The notes under the pieces were generated by a model that worked only from the letters and a program-made list of their open reading frames with translations, did not search any database and was not told the DNA's origin. DNA of 64,000 nucleotides. Origin: Takakia lepidozioides (taxonomy: Eukaryota; Plantae; Bryophyta). The stretch spans positions 29,264,001-29,328,000 of the forward strand of contig CM060733.1 in NCBI GenBank assembly GCA_030704615.1, written 5' to 3'. The position numbers were made by a program, and so were the translations under genes. Below, piece by piece: positions 48,301 to 58,379 of the stretch (position 1 is its first letter; every line of letters starts with the position of its first letter).

Positions 48301-51300
48301 TGCGAACACCAAAAGCTGCGTTACGGTTGATGGACAGAATCTAACTTCTTTGATATTGACCAAAGCATAGCTCAAGTCTTTACCCTCTCCCCACTGCTCT
48401 TCAATGTTTTCCTTAATCAGTTACTTGAAAATCTGGAAAATGAGGAGTTTGGGTCAAAGGTGGGTTATTCCACCACTCCAGGTCTTATGTTTGCGGATGA
48501 ATTTGCAGGCCTAGTGGATACCCCATCCAATATTCAGGAGTTGATTGATTGTGCAAAGAGGTACAAAGAAGCCAAGGTTAGTATATGCGCAGTGGTGGCT
48601 TTCTCGTGGGAAGGGAGGTGGGGATCTCAAATCGACTTGGGGGAGTCAAGAGATCCCTGTGCTCCCTTCCTACACATATCTTGGCATTGAGTTTTCCTCC
48701 AGTTGCAACTGGGACGTCCATGTACAGAAAGTGGTTCAAACAGGTAAATGCAAAGCTTTGGGCCTGGCTAGTTTTTTCCACTGCAGAGGGATTATTGCTG
48801 AAGTTAAAATTGACCATTCTTTGCGCTATTAGGCCTGCCTTGGAGTACGCATCTCCTGTGTCGGTCAATAATTCGAACCCTGCTAAATCTCTAGAATCCA
48901 TTCAGGTTGCGGTGCTCAAAGGGTCCATGTGAGCATGCTGTAGAACAGCTAACGTGGCTGTTTGGGGCCAGTTTGGCATACCCCCCAGAAATAAGGTCAG
49001 ATGGTGGGGTCAGTTGAATAATACCAGATACCCTAAGATAATCGACCTTATTTCTTGGAAGCAAGCCTGTCATGTGAAATACCTGAACATGAGCTCAGAA
49101 GAATTGACCCTGCTAGATGAAGCTGCCCGGGAGATTGGAGTGTCTAATGCCATGTCAGATTCCCAAAGACTGTCCGATGAAATGAAGTAAGGCATAAAAC
49201 TTCCCTGAACTTGTTTCCAGTCTGTGACATGGGCGAGGACCATTAGGATGTTTCAAGGGCCTACCTACCCTCGGCACTAGACTGAAGTTTAAACTCAGCG
49301 CGGGAAGCCTACCTTTGAACAAAAAACAGATGCAGAGAGGAAGGGGAGATTGTTATTGCCCGATGTGCTGGCGGCTTGAAGACATATCCATTTTCTGATA
49401 CAATGTCCGGGGTATTCTCATCGGAGAGCAACCCTCCTCAGAACCATCAAGAACATAGTCTCTACACCTCTGTCCACCAACTTTCAAAATCTTGAGGCTG
49501 AGCCTACAGCCCTGGCCCTGTTGGGGTCTAAGTGGTAGGTAGCTCACAGCAGATCGATGCTTGTGTGAAGGGATTTCTAGAAGAAATCTGGAAAGCCCGA
49601 ACTAATTGTTCATACCAAGGTAAGTCCCACTACTGGAGTGAGCCCCTCACAAAGGTATTGTCTATTCCCCTTGTACCACCCAAACTGGGCAAGGGGTCTA
49701 TGGCCCACAAGGCTACGGCAACAATGTGTCGTGAGTATCTCTCTCTCTCTCTCTCTCTCTCTCTCCCCTTTGCAGAACGGTTGGCCGTCCAGGAGCAATC
49801 ACAAGCTACCTAGACGACAAACAATTCACACGCAAAGGGCTGGCTTGCGGCTGGCCACTTTCAACTTCTCAGGGTTGACCAACCAAAGGAAACAACTTGA
49901 AGTGGGACAAGTTCTTCGGACTAATGATATTCATATCTGTGCTGGGCAAGAAAGTCGGATAAACTGGTTGGAGATGTCATTGGTTATAAATGGGCAGGTA
50001 AGATGTGTACTCTCAAGGCAGCCTCTGCCAAACGCGGTCAAAAAGGGGTTGGATTCTTTGTCCGTGATTTCTTGTTTGACAATTGTGAAATTATCAACAA
50101 GGGTTTGAGGTACGAGCATAGTATCTGGCTAAAACTGAATTTGAAGGGCGGCATGAGTACAAAGGACCTCTTTGTTGGTTGTGTTTACATGCCCACAGAG
50201 GGGACCCTTAGTGCTGACGCAGACAAGGCCTTCGAAGATGTAAAGCTGGACTGTGCTTCGTTCCTTGCCAAAGGTCAGGTGGTACTATTGGGGGACTTCA
50301 ATGCCCGGGTGGGCAAAGGGATCCATCAGGACGATATCATTGGACCTTTTGGTGAGGACGAGCTGAATTCTAATGGCAGACGGTTAATTAACTGTCTAGA
50401 AGAGCTTCAGCTTTTGACCTTGAATAACTGGACAAGAGGTGACCAAGTGCAGTGGACTCGTGAGAAACCCCAAACTGGGGAACGTTCCATTGTGGACTAT
50501 ATCATAATGGACAAAATTTTGTTCACTCGCTGTGCCTTGATTTCACATTCAAAATTGCAAGCCAATCTATAGGCTTCAACCTCAGTGCAGGGATTGTGGG
50601 CTAGTGTGCCAATGTGTTGATCGACAGAACTGATATTGGTACCTCTGACCTTGCAAGAGGCTCTCCCTCATTTTGTCCAATCGCTCCAAGAACTTCAGTC
50701 ACGCTCTGTTAACGCAAGAAATGAAGTCGAAAGAGCAGTGGACTCTTGGGAGAGTTTCGTTTCCTCCGTGGCTGACAAGATCATTGGGAGGAAACTAATT
50801 GTCTGCGGTAGAGCAGTTAATTGGTGGACTAATGAGATTAAACTCAAGATAGCTGAGAGACGAGCCCTCTATAAAGAGTGCTGCAATTTGGAAACCAACA
50901 GAGAATTGTGGGCGAGGTACTACCAGCTCCGTAAAGATATCAATCAGCTTGTTAGGTCTCAGAAGAAATTATACTGGGACAAGTTATACAGTGAAATAAA
51001 CTCAAACCACCATGGTGGTAATGACAAGAAATTCTGGTTGGCCCTTCAACATTTGTACAAACCGAAAAACGGTCAGCAAGTACAAGCGCTGAAGACTACT
51101 AAAGGTGCAGTGGTGACTTCATCGGTTGACATTGTCAAAACCTTTGAAACTCACTACAGTATCCTTGGCAGAACTTCTAGGTCTAACAGTGAGGGGTCTT
51201 CTGCTGAATGGAGGGACACAGTTGGAAAAACTGTTCCTATGAGTCAAAACAGCCCTGATGAACTGGAGTATATTTCAATGGCTTATAATGCTCCCATTAG

Positions 51301-53958
51301 TTCTTCTGAGATTGTGGAAGCAATTGAACATTTAAATGGATATAAAGCTGGTGGACCTGATGGTATTGTCAACGAGCTTATCAAGCACGGTGGCGATCCC
51401 ATGATAGAGGCCCTAGTTCTCCTCTTTAACCTTATCTGGAAGACTGAAATGATCCCCTTTTGCTGGCGACAGGGGGTCATTGTCAATCTATACAAGAAGG
51501 GTGACAGAGAAGAACCGGGGAACTACCGTGGCATCACGCTCCTCAATGCTGTTGGCAAGACATTCTGCAGAGTTATAAGTACTCGTCTCGAGGTTGATCT
51601 GGAGTCCAGAGGTTGTTTCCATGAAGGCCAAGCTGGCTTTCGGCGAAACAGGGGCTGTGTGGATCATATCTTCACTCTAAGCCAGATTATCCAGGGAAGG
51701 AAAAAAGAAGGGAAACCCACTTATGTCTTTTTCCTGGATGTCAAAAAGGCTTATGACACAGTGTGGAGGGATGGCCTATGGTTCCGCCTCTGGTCTTGTG
51801 GGATCAAGGGAAAGATGTGGAGAGTTGTCCACAACTTGTATGCTCACACCAAAAGCTGTGTCACTGTTAACGGACAGAAGTCCAACTTCTTTGACATAGA
51901 CCAAGGTGTAGCTCAAGGATGTACTCTCTCCCCTCTGCTCTTCAATGTTTTCATCAATCAACTCCTCGAGGATGTGGAAAGTGAGGGATTTGGGTTAAGG
52001 GTGGGTGATACCACCATACCAGCCCTTATGTTTGCGGATGACTTCGCAGGCATAGGGGAGACTCCAACCAATCTCCAGGAGTTGATTGATTGCGCGAAGA
52101 GATACTTTGATCTTTGGGGGCTAGAGGCTAATGTCAGCAAATGTGCAGTGGTAGCACTCAACGACAGAGGAGAGGGAGGAAGTGATCTTAAGTGGCAGTG
52201 GGGTAGCCAAGAGATCCCGGTCCTCCCTTCCTACACTTACCTGGGCGTTGAGTTCTCCTCCAATTGTAATTGGGATGCACATATCCGGAAAGTTGTTCAA
52301 ACTGGCAAGGGCAAAGCTCTGGGGCTCACTAAATTTTTCCACTGCAGAGGGGTCAACTCTGAGGTTAAGAAAACCATGCTTTGTCGCGTTATTAGACCTG
52401 CCTTGGAGTACGGATCTGCTATATGGGTTGATAACTCCAACCAGGCTAAGTCTCTAGAATCCATTCAAGTGGGGGTGCTTAAGGAGTGTATGTCAGCATG
52501 CTCCAAAACAGCCAATGTGGCTGTTTGGGGCGAGTTTGGCATTCCGTCCTTAAGCTCCCGACGAGATGAATTCAAGGTCAGATGGTGGGGTCAGCTGCAA
52601 CATATGCCCAACACCAGATATCCTAAATTAATCGACTCTATATCTTGGAAACAGGACCGCCCTGTCAAACAGGCTAAGTCCTGGCAGAAGAGAGTAGAAG
52701 AGATCCTCAAGGACCTGGACCTGGATCCGCAAGTCTTGACCCTGCTGGATAAATCTGACTTAGAGGCTGTAGTGTCCTCAGCCATGTCTGTTGCCATGAG
52801 ATTGTCTGATGAAAATGAAGTTAGGCAGAAAACTTCCCTGAACTTGTTTCCAGTCTGTGACATGGGGGAGGACGTCTTGGATGACCTCAAGGGTCTACCC
52901 ACTCTCGGCACTAGACTGAAATTTAAACTCAGGGCAGGAAGCCTACCTTTGAACAGCAAACAGAAGCAGAGAGGAAAGGGAGAGTGCAATTGCCCGTTGT
53001 GTGGGCAATCTGAAGACAGTATTCATTTTCTGATACACTGTCCGGGGTTCTCTCACCAAAGAGACGCTCTCTTCAAATCTATTAAGGGAATTGTGCCTGT
53101 ACCCCTGTTTACCAACTTTGAAAGTCTCGAGGCTGAGCCAAAAGCCCAGGCCCTCCTGAGGCCTAGTTTTTGGGCAAATCACACACAGCAGATTGATGCT
53201 TGTGTGAAGGGATTTCTAGAGGATATCTGGAAAACCCGGATTAATTCTTTATATGGAGGTAAGTCTTACTACCAATGTCAGCCCCTGACAGAGGTAGGTT
53301 CTGTCCCTTTTGTTCCCGCTCAAACTGGGCGCGGGGTCAATGGCCACAAGGCTACGGCAAACAACGTCTTATGAGTACAATCTCTTTCCCTTTGTCTTTA
53401 CCAAGTTAAGTCACACTACCGGAGTGAACTCCAAAGGTAGCATCTATTCCCTTTTTTGTTCCGTCAAACTGGGCGTGCGGTCTATGGCCACAAGGCTACG
53501 GCAAACAACGTCTTTTGAGTACATTCTCTCTCTCCCTTCGTGTTTTCGTACAATTTGTGAAGGATTTGCATTATGAAGCTTTTGAACACTTAAATTTCCT
53601 CATCTGCAAGATTTCCATTCACTCGCTTGTATTAACTGTGTCCCACAGGTCACCAGCCACAATGCCAGGGCTATGGTTTCTGTCACTGGCATTGGCAAGC
53701 GCACGGGCCAAAACTCATGGAAACTTGGCTCTTCCAATTGGACTACATTCTGGCCTTATTGCCGCAAACTTTGTGGTGACAGTGTCAGGGTTAGCTCATT
53801 TCATGCCAGATGCACCTGATTGGTTCACTGGTGCGCATGTTAAAAATCCGTTGGCTGGGGCTCTTGGTATCGCTATGGTGGCAATGCTGGCAGTAACTTT
53901 TAACCCATACTTGCTTGGACTTCGTGATGCAAACTCCCTTCATAGTAAAAGGAGCTGA
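30372..53958 (+). CDS. Alpha/beta-hydrolase (ABHD/YheT-like) + C-terminal CAAX amino-terminal protease (CPBP/Abi) fusion protein, At2g03140-like, probably plastid-targeted. Exons 30372-31245, 33626-33749, 34504-34783, 36506-36691, 38392-38562, 39056-39382, 39596(or 39725)-39889, 40330-40873, 41005-43528, 43780-43935, 44267-44501, 45952-46081, 46359-46551, 53649-53958
   Basis: Spliced frame is continuous (6348 nt using the 39596 acceptor). Motifs YQRLC..DGGVVTLDWP, LLIPGTTEGS, NPRGCAGSPLTSPRVFTAADSDD, GWGFGANML, WLAAVEVALLKGRHPL, LDVTMPGTL, ALEALTGFDDSTQ, DGEVDHERLVAMLAELGQRGG, VEELLFRAW, FSVMHRSP, LPIGLH. Start codon and exon 6/7 boundaries are uncertain. Confidence 0.88.
33850..34235 (+). 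mobile_element. 5'-truncated RTEX-like LINE in intron 2
   Basis: Homologous to 52990-53380; 15-bp TSD TCTGTATGTGTCTAT (33835-33849, 34236-34250). Confidence 0.92.
35070..35652 (+). mobile_element. Decayed RTEX-like LINE fragment in intron 3
   Basis: AVWGEVGIPPLSSRRNQFKVRWWGQ peptide and family 3' end TATGAGTACAT. Confidence 0.88.
36925..38168 (+). mobile_element. Decayed RTEX-like LINE fragment in intron 4 with an internal inversion (~37287-37510)
   Basis: LIDCAKRYFDLW on +, IDSISWKQDCPVKQ on -, then + again to the family 3' end. Confidence 0.88.
41005..43528 (+). CDS. Large exon 9 of the hydrolase-CPBP gene (acidic low-complexity linker plus conserved blocks)
   Basis: 862-aa ORF bounded by AG at 41003-41004 and GT at 43529-43530; phases match the neighbouring exons. 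Confidence 0.9.
43564..43624 (+). mobile_element. 61-bp 3' stub of the RTEX-like LINE in intron 9
   Basis: 14-bp TSD TCTTTTGACAGATA (43550-43563, 43625-43638). Confidence 0.9.
44859..45131 (-). mobile_element. Antisense 5'-truncated RTEX-like LINE in intron 11
   Basis: ~19-bp TSD GCTAATCACACACT(T/G)GAGA (44840-44858, 45132-45150). Confidence 0.92.
45272..45814 (-). mobile_element. Antisense young 5'-truncated RTEX-like LINE in intron 11
   Basis: Nearly identical to 52842-53380 (3 amino-acid differences over ~175 aa); 15-bp TSD TTTTATTGGCAAAGA (45257-45271, 45815-45829). Confidence 0.95.
46962..47033 (-). tRNA. tRNA-like cloverleaf in the TRIM 3' LTR (nominal anticodon GGA; probably a Pol III promoter rather than a decoding tRNA)
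   Basis: GGACGGG TA GCTC AGTGGTA GAGC A CCCCA CCGGAAT GGGGG AGGTC CTAGG TTCAATC CCTAG CCCGACC A: A box, B box and all four arms present. Confidence 0.8.
47240..47311 (-). tRNA. Second, identical tRNA-like cloverleaf in the TRIM 5' LTR
   Basis: Same sequence as 46962-47033. Confidence 0.8.
49773..53380 (+). mobile_element. Near full-length RTEX-like LINE (APE endonuclease, RT, C-terminal CCHC finger) in the last intron
   Basis: Endonuclease motifs LATFNFSGL, AGQES, LLGDFNARVG, SIVDYII (frameshifted); imperfect TSD TCTCT(C/TT)CCCTTTG; 3' end TTATGAGTACAA without poly(A). Clade assignment is from recall. Confidence 0.92.
50636..53374 (+). CDS. LINE reverse transcriptase ORF, 912 aa, uninterrupted
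   Basis: KAGGPDG, NYRGITLL, EGQAGFR, FLDVKKAYD, GVAQGCTLSPLLF, LMFADD, YTYLG, CPLC..EDSIHFLIHC. Confidence 0.93.
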   Translation: MVPLTLQEALPHFVQSLQELQSRSVNARNEVERAVDSWESFVSSVADKIIGRKLIVCGRAVNWWTNEIKLKIAERRALYKECCNLETNRELWARYYQLRKDINQLVRSQKKLYWDKLYSEINSNHHGGNDKKFWLALQHLYKPKNGQQVQALKTTKGAVVTSSVDIVKTFETHYSILGRTSRSNSEGSSAEWRDTVGKTVPMSQNSPDELEYISMAYNAPISSSEIVEAIEHLNGYKAGGPDGIVNELIKHGGDPMIEALVLLFNLIWKTEMIPFCWRQGVIVNLYKKGDREEPGNYRGITLLNAVGKTFCRVISTRLEVDLESRGCFHEGQAGFRRNRGCVDHIFTLSQIIQGRKKEGKPTYVFFLDVKKAYDTVWRDGLWFRLWSCGIKGKMWRVVHNLYAHTKSCVTVNGQKSNFFDIDQGVAQGCTLSPLLFNVFINQLLEDVESEGFGLRVGDTTIPALMFADDFAGIGETPTNLQELIDCAKRYFDLWGLEANVSKCAVVALNDRGEGGSDLKWQWGSQEIPVLPSYTYLGVEFSSNCNWDAHIRKVVQTGKGKALGLTKFFHCRGVNSEVKKTMLCRVIRPALEYGSAIWVDNSNQAKSLESIQVGVLKECMSACSKTANVAVWGEFGIPSLSSRRDEFKVRWWGQLQHMPNTRYPKLIDSISWKQDRPVKQAKSWQKRVEEILKDLDLDPQVLTLLDKSDLEAVVSSAMSVAMRLSDENEVRQKTSLNLFPVCDMGEDVLDDLKGLPTLGTRLKFKLRAGSLPLNSKQKQRGKGECNCPLCGQSEDSIHFLIHCPGFSHQRDALFKSIKGIVPVPLFTNFESLEAEPKAQALLRPSFWANHTQQIDACVKGFLEDIWKTRINSLYGGKSYYQCQPLTEVGSVPFVPAQTGRGVNGHKATANNVL
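53395..53524 (+). mobile_element. Additional 3' stub of the RTEX-like LINE
   Basis: GGCCACAAGGCTACGGCAAACAACGTCTTTTGAGTACAT followed by TCTCTCTC. Confidence 0.85.
53649..53958 (+). CDS. Terminal exon (C-terminal half of the CPBP domain)
   Basis: CACAG acceptor in phase 2, SPATMPGLWFLSLAL...GNLALPIGLHSG..., stop TGA. Confidence 0.9.
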
Positions 53959-54696
53959 GGAATTGGGGTAGTCGAGTGATAGTTGGCAAGTGGCATGCTG
54001 GGGTACTTTCAGAGGGTAGGGTTTTGTGTTGGGTGGATGTTTACAAGTGTTCAATTTGAATGGTACAAGAGGATTCTAGTTTCTTAGGAATTTTTTAGTC
54101 CTTTTCTGATGGTATTTGCTTTGCATGTAAACCATAAATGAAGTTGGTGGAAGTTGCAAGTCTCTCAAATCGAACTTGTGATAGCTAAACCGAATTTCTT
54201 TGGTAATAGAATCTGCTACTATTACCAACCACTGTGCTAGGTCACATTTCCAGGTGTTCACCAGCTGTTGTTACCCACAAATTGGGCTTCTGAAATAGTA
54301 GGGTCAGACTGGCAAAGGGTTTATGGGATTGGTATTTATACCCTTGTATGGGTGAAAGAGAGTATGTCGTTTAGCTTTCAGCTTTTCAGTACAAGTACAG
54401 TATGAGGATAATTCATTGGATTATGGATGGACATAGAGAGGGAGAGAGGGAGAGGATGACTCCGGCAGAATGATGGACATATAACCTACTGGCACTACAG
54501 AGTTGGAAGCCAGATGTCATTGTCCATTAAAAAAACAAATCACAATTCTCTCATCATTTGTGTATCTATTCCTAGGGTGGTGACACTACTGGTTTCCTTC
54601 TTGCTGTGTTGGCCACTAGGAAAGCTGGAAGAAAGGTGTGTTCTGATACAGCCTCTCACTACTAATCTACCTCTCTCTCCTCTTCCTCTCTCCCCT

Positions 54697-55059
54697 GAGA
54701 GTGCAGGGACAATATCCATTTACTGATACATTGTCCGGGATATTCTCACCAGAAAGTGACCCTCTTCAGGAAGATCAAGAACATTGTCCCTGCACCTCTT
54801 TTCAACAACTTTCAGAATCTTCAGGCTGATTGGGGTCTAATTGCGGGGCAGCTCACACACAGCAAGTTGATGCTTGTGTGAAGGCCTTTCTAGAGAAACC
54901 CGAACTAATTGCCTCTATGAAGGTAAGTCACACTACCGGACTGAGCCCCTCACAAAGGTAGTAGTATATGCTCCCTTTTGTTCTGCCCGTACTGGGCGCG
55001 GTCTATGGCCAGCGGTCTATGGCCACAAGGCTATGGCAAACAACATCTTTTGAGTACAT
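54697..55059 (+). mobile_element. Decayed 3' fragment of the RTEX-like LINE downstream of the stop codon
   Basis: Homology to 53020-53380; flanked by CT-rich tracts. Confidence 0.85.
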
Positions 55060-56023
55060 TCTCTTTTCTCCCTCTCTCCCTGCCCCACTAGGAAGGCTGT
55101 TGCTATTTGGTGGACTTGACATGGGAATAGGTAAATGTCTCCATGCCTACATACCTAGCCTTGTCACCTTGTACCTATGTTTGCTTTGACCTAAAGCACT
55201 TTAGAGCGATTAAGGTAGTACACTGGATTTAGTTGGAGAGATTGGGGCCTCTCCCTTTGAAAGTATGTTTACACGGGCCATTCCCTGTAGGTCCTTTGGA
55301 GTGATGATCTCGTAATGGTAACAAGCACATCCCTATGTTTGGGGGCAGCCCCTTCACTGAAAGTGGACAGTTGCCGGGCTTTAGGGCCCATTTAAACGTA
55401 AATTGCGTTTTCAGATCTTCTTCAATTTTTATGAAATTAGTGCCATAGAGTGGCCCCCGTCGTGCACTGCCAGGATTGGGCAACTGATTGGCCTAATTTT
55501 GAGTTAAAGCAAAGTTGTCTCATTACGCAAGCAAGGGGGTCAGGTTTTGATGAAGGTAACTCTGTCTTTTTCTTGCGAAGATTTCTTCACACGAGTGTGT
55601 GTGTGAGAGGGTTATTGTTAGGGGATCTGACCAGGTTTGACCAAGTGGCAACACCACATGTGTTGATTGTTTTGGCTTGTTGGATAAGGGATACCAAGGG
55701 GATGAAGCCTTCCAAATCTGGAGTTGATCCTGTCACTCAAATCTTTAAAAAAATTGCCAAAAAATGCCATGTTTCTCCAATGGGCCCCAATAATTGGCCA
55801 ACATTCAATGGTGGTGTTCTCTGGAGCTGGGGCTGATTGCACTAGAAATTGGGAGGTGGGTGTAGGAGTAAAAGTTACACCATTTTTCATTGCAGGGGTC
55901 CTATTTTTTGAAAAAATCAAACTATGGCATGGGGCGTTTAAGGTTTAAAGTTTAAACACTTCAGCCTATGACACATGGAAATTCCCTTGACATATCTTTG
56001 ATTAATGTCCGTACTCCCAGCGT

Positions 56024-56220
56024 GATTCCTAGGAATTACTCATTTATGCCACTTGAAAGTATAATTAAGTTGATATTTTGAAAACTTGTGGTGTAAATTG
56101 TTCACCATATCGTCCATACCTACACTGGGATTCCTAGGAATTACTCATTTATGCCACTTAAAATTATAATTAAGTTGAGATTTTGAAAACTTGTGGTGTA
56201 AATTGTTCACCATATCGTCC
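56024..56220. repeat. Tandem duplication, 105-bp period, 2 copies
   Basis: GATTCCTAGGAATTACTCATTTATGCC...CATATCGTCC at 56024 and 56129. Confidence 0.9.
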
Positions 56221-56845
56221 GGAACTAAACTGAAATTGATGATTCAACGTCAAATACCTATTTCATTGTCGAAGCTTCGTTCTATCTCCTAAGCACTTTC
56301 TTACCGAATTTTATTATAGCATCTATAAGAGCTTCTGGATTCGGTAGACAACAGGTCACTGGAATATTCATGCCCAAAATGCTGAGGTTTTGAAGATTGA
56401 AACAGAGATGGTTTTTTTATGAGCCTTTGGGGATTCATCCTGAGTTGGAGTACGGTATATGCAGAAGGACTTTCTTTTTTAAATCACCTGCCAAAGGTTT
56501 GTCAACATCGTACAACAACCTCTCCATCAACAATGAGCCAACATCAAATTGAAAATCAGTGGCAAGCACATCCCATTTGCACAACTACAAGACCACCGTC
56601 GCCTACAACTATGTTGAAAGATAGCCTTCGCTGTTTAGCATAGAAATGAACGATGTTAGTCATATGACTCTTATAGAGCCCACCCCCGACAAGGAACAAT
56701 AGCCCTCTAGCCACACACTCTCTCAAGGTTCTAAGTGGACAAATGAAGATGAATGTAGATGAAGACATGTGGAAAGAAATATGCCTGACATTTGGTATTC
56801 TTTCTGATCTCTACGCATTTCAGTGCTGCACTTCTAGAATGTTAT

Positions 56846-56985
56846 GTGGTTAAAGACACCTTAGTGATTAGTACCACTTGGACAATGATACATAGTGAGT
56901 GGTTAAAGACACCACAGTGATTGGTATCACTTGGACGGTGGTAGATTGTGAGTGGTTAAAGACACCTCAGTGACTGGTACCAGTC
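56846..56985. repeat. Tandem repeat, 53-bp period, ~2.6 copies
   Basis: GTGGTTAAAGACACC at 56846, 56899 and 56952. Confidence 0.9.
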
Positions 56986-57289
56986 TTGTGGTGATATATG
57001 AAAATGTTCAAGTGGTTTGTGCACCTGTGGCAGATTTTACAAAACATACAAGTGTCCAAATCATTGTAGGATGATGCTCTTGAACAGATGGTTCCAAACA
57101 ATCAACTTTATTCTGAATCTGAATCACAGTATTCATTCTCTGAAGCACTTTCCTCAACTGGAACAATGTTTGGTCATACGAAACTAGCTTGAAATATGGT
57201 AGCCAACATAGCTAGCTCTTCTCCACTTAGAGCCGTGGCACCATCTAATGACCTACGTATGGGCAGTCTGATAAGGTAGAGGGTGCCCG

Positions 57290-57745
57290 TAGACCATCAA
57301 AATGTCTCTTGGGTGGGATACCTCGAGGCTTGCACCACCCGGACATCTTGTCCACTGTAAAGCACTTCGTGGTAAAGGCCTTCATACTTTTACGGGCATG
57401 GTTGGTTATTGTCTGAAAAATGCCGATAAACCAAGTTTCACATTTGTGCATAGAAATGTAAACATAATTAAACTTGATACATACAACTTACAGACCATTT
57501 GCAAATGCAAATGGAACAAACTGTCATCTCTTTCAAACGCACATAAGCCAGAAATGCAGCAGGTAGCAATAAACTCTTCCATTTCTGTAAGGATGTGACG
57601 TCGATATCTGCTCCACCCACGCCGATAGTAACACTTGCCTCTATGAACTTCTTTGCACCCTCCGCCACCTTGCCTTTCCCTTTTGCAGCCACTTTGATCC
57701 TACTTGCCATACTTGGCCCGACCCCCAACATAGCAAACAACTACT
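57290..57745 (-). pseudogene. Replitron-like HUH endonuclease transposase remnant, split by an inversion
   Basis: Minus strand: SVTIGVGGADID (frameshift) ...GLCAFERDDSLFHLHLQMV. Plus strand 57293-57460: IKMSLGWD...CKALRGKGLHTFTGMVGYCLK...FVHRNV. Confidence 0.78.
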
Positions 57746-58379
57746 ACTAATGGGATAGGAAACATGTCAGGAATGCAATATTGTGAGCATAGGCTTCACG
57801 TGTGAGCGTGCATTCATGCAATATTATGATATGCCATAACACAGTACAAAATGATATTTTCAAATAAAAACCATGTAAACACTAGATAGTCAACAACATA
57901 TCACAAAATGTAATGGAACCATTGAAAATCAAATAATGACCAATATATGGTGCATACAACAATGTCCGGACTCAAGCGTTGTGTTGTTAAATTTAAGTAC
58001 TCATGTTGCCATTGTTATTGACCTTAATTCTCTTGTTGCAAAGAAAGACAAAATATATACACAAATCAAACACCATACAAATTAAAAAATAATGTCATCA
58101 TAATCGAAAATGTTTATACAAGAAACTTACTGAAAACATGTACTGAAGAAAGACATCCCGACTAAGTGAGTATCAGGTATCGTACACATTTGCCTCACAT
58201 TCTCTATACACTTCCAGATCCAACACATTTCAAAAGTTAGATAGAAACATCTAACCTATTTTTTCCATTCTGCATCATGCATAATGTATGTAGCAAACTT
58301 GTAGTAATACTCTATCGTTTTGCAGACGAAAGAAGATCGAGAAAGATTCTTGTTGAAGCAAGCGTAATCTATGGTATCT

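Larger units (their letters stand above)
46680..49737 (+). mobile_element. Decayed, internally deleted RTEX-like LINE (endonuclease + RT remnants) preceded by a 3' stub; hosts the TRIM
   Basis: GCVYMPTEG, SIVDHII, TSDHFLV, NYRGIMLL, EGQAGFR, FFLDVRKAYD, LMFAD; followed by (TC)n at 49737-49765. Confidence 0.9.

Noticed and set aside
55245-55950. Possible MITE downstream of the gene
   Set aside because: Looks repeat-like, but no TIR pair or TSD could be identified.
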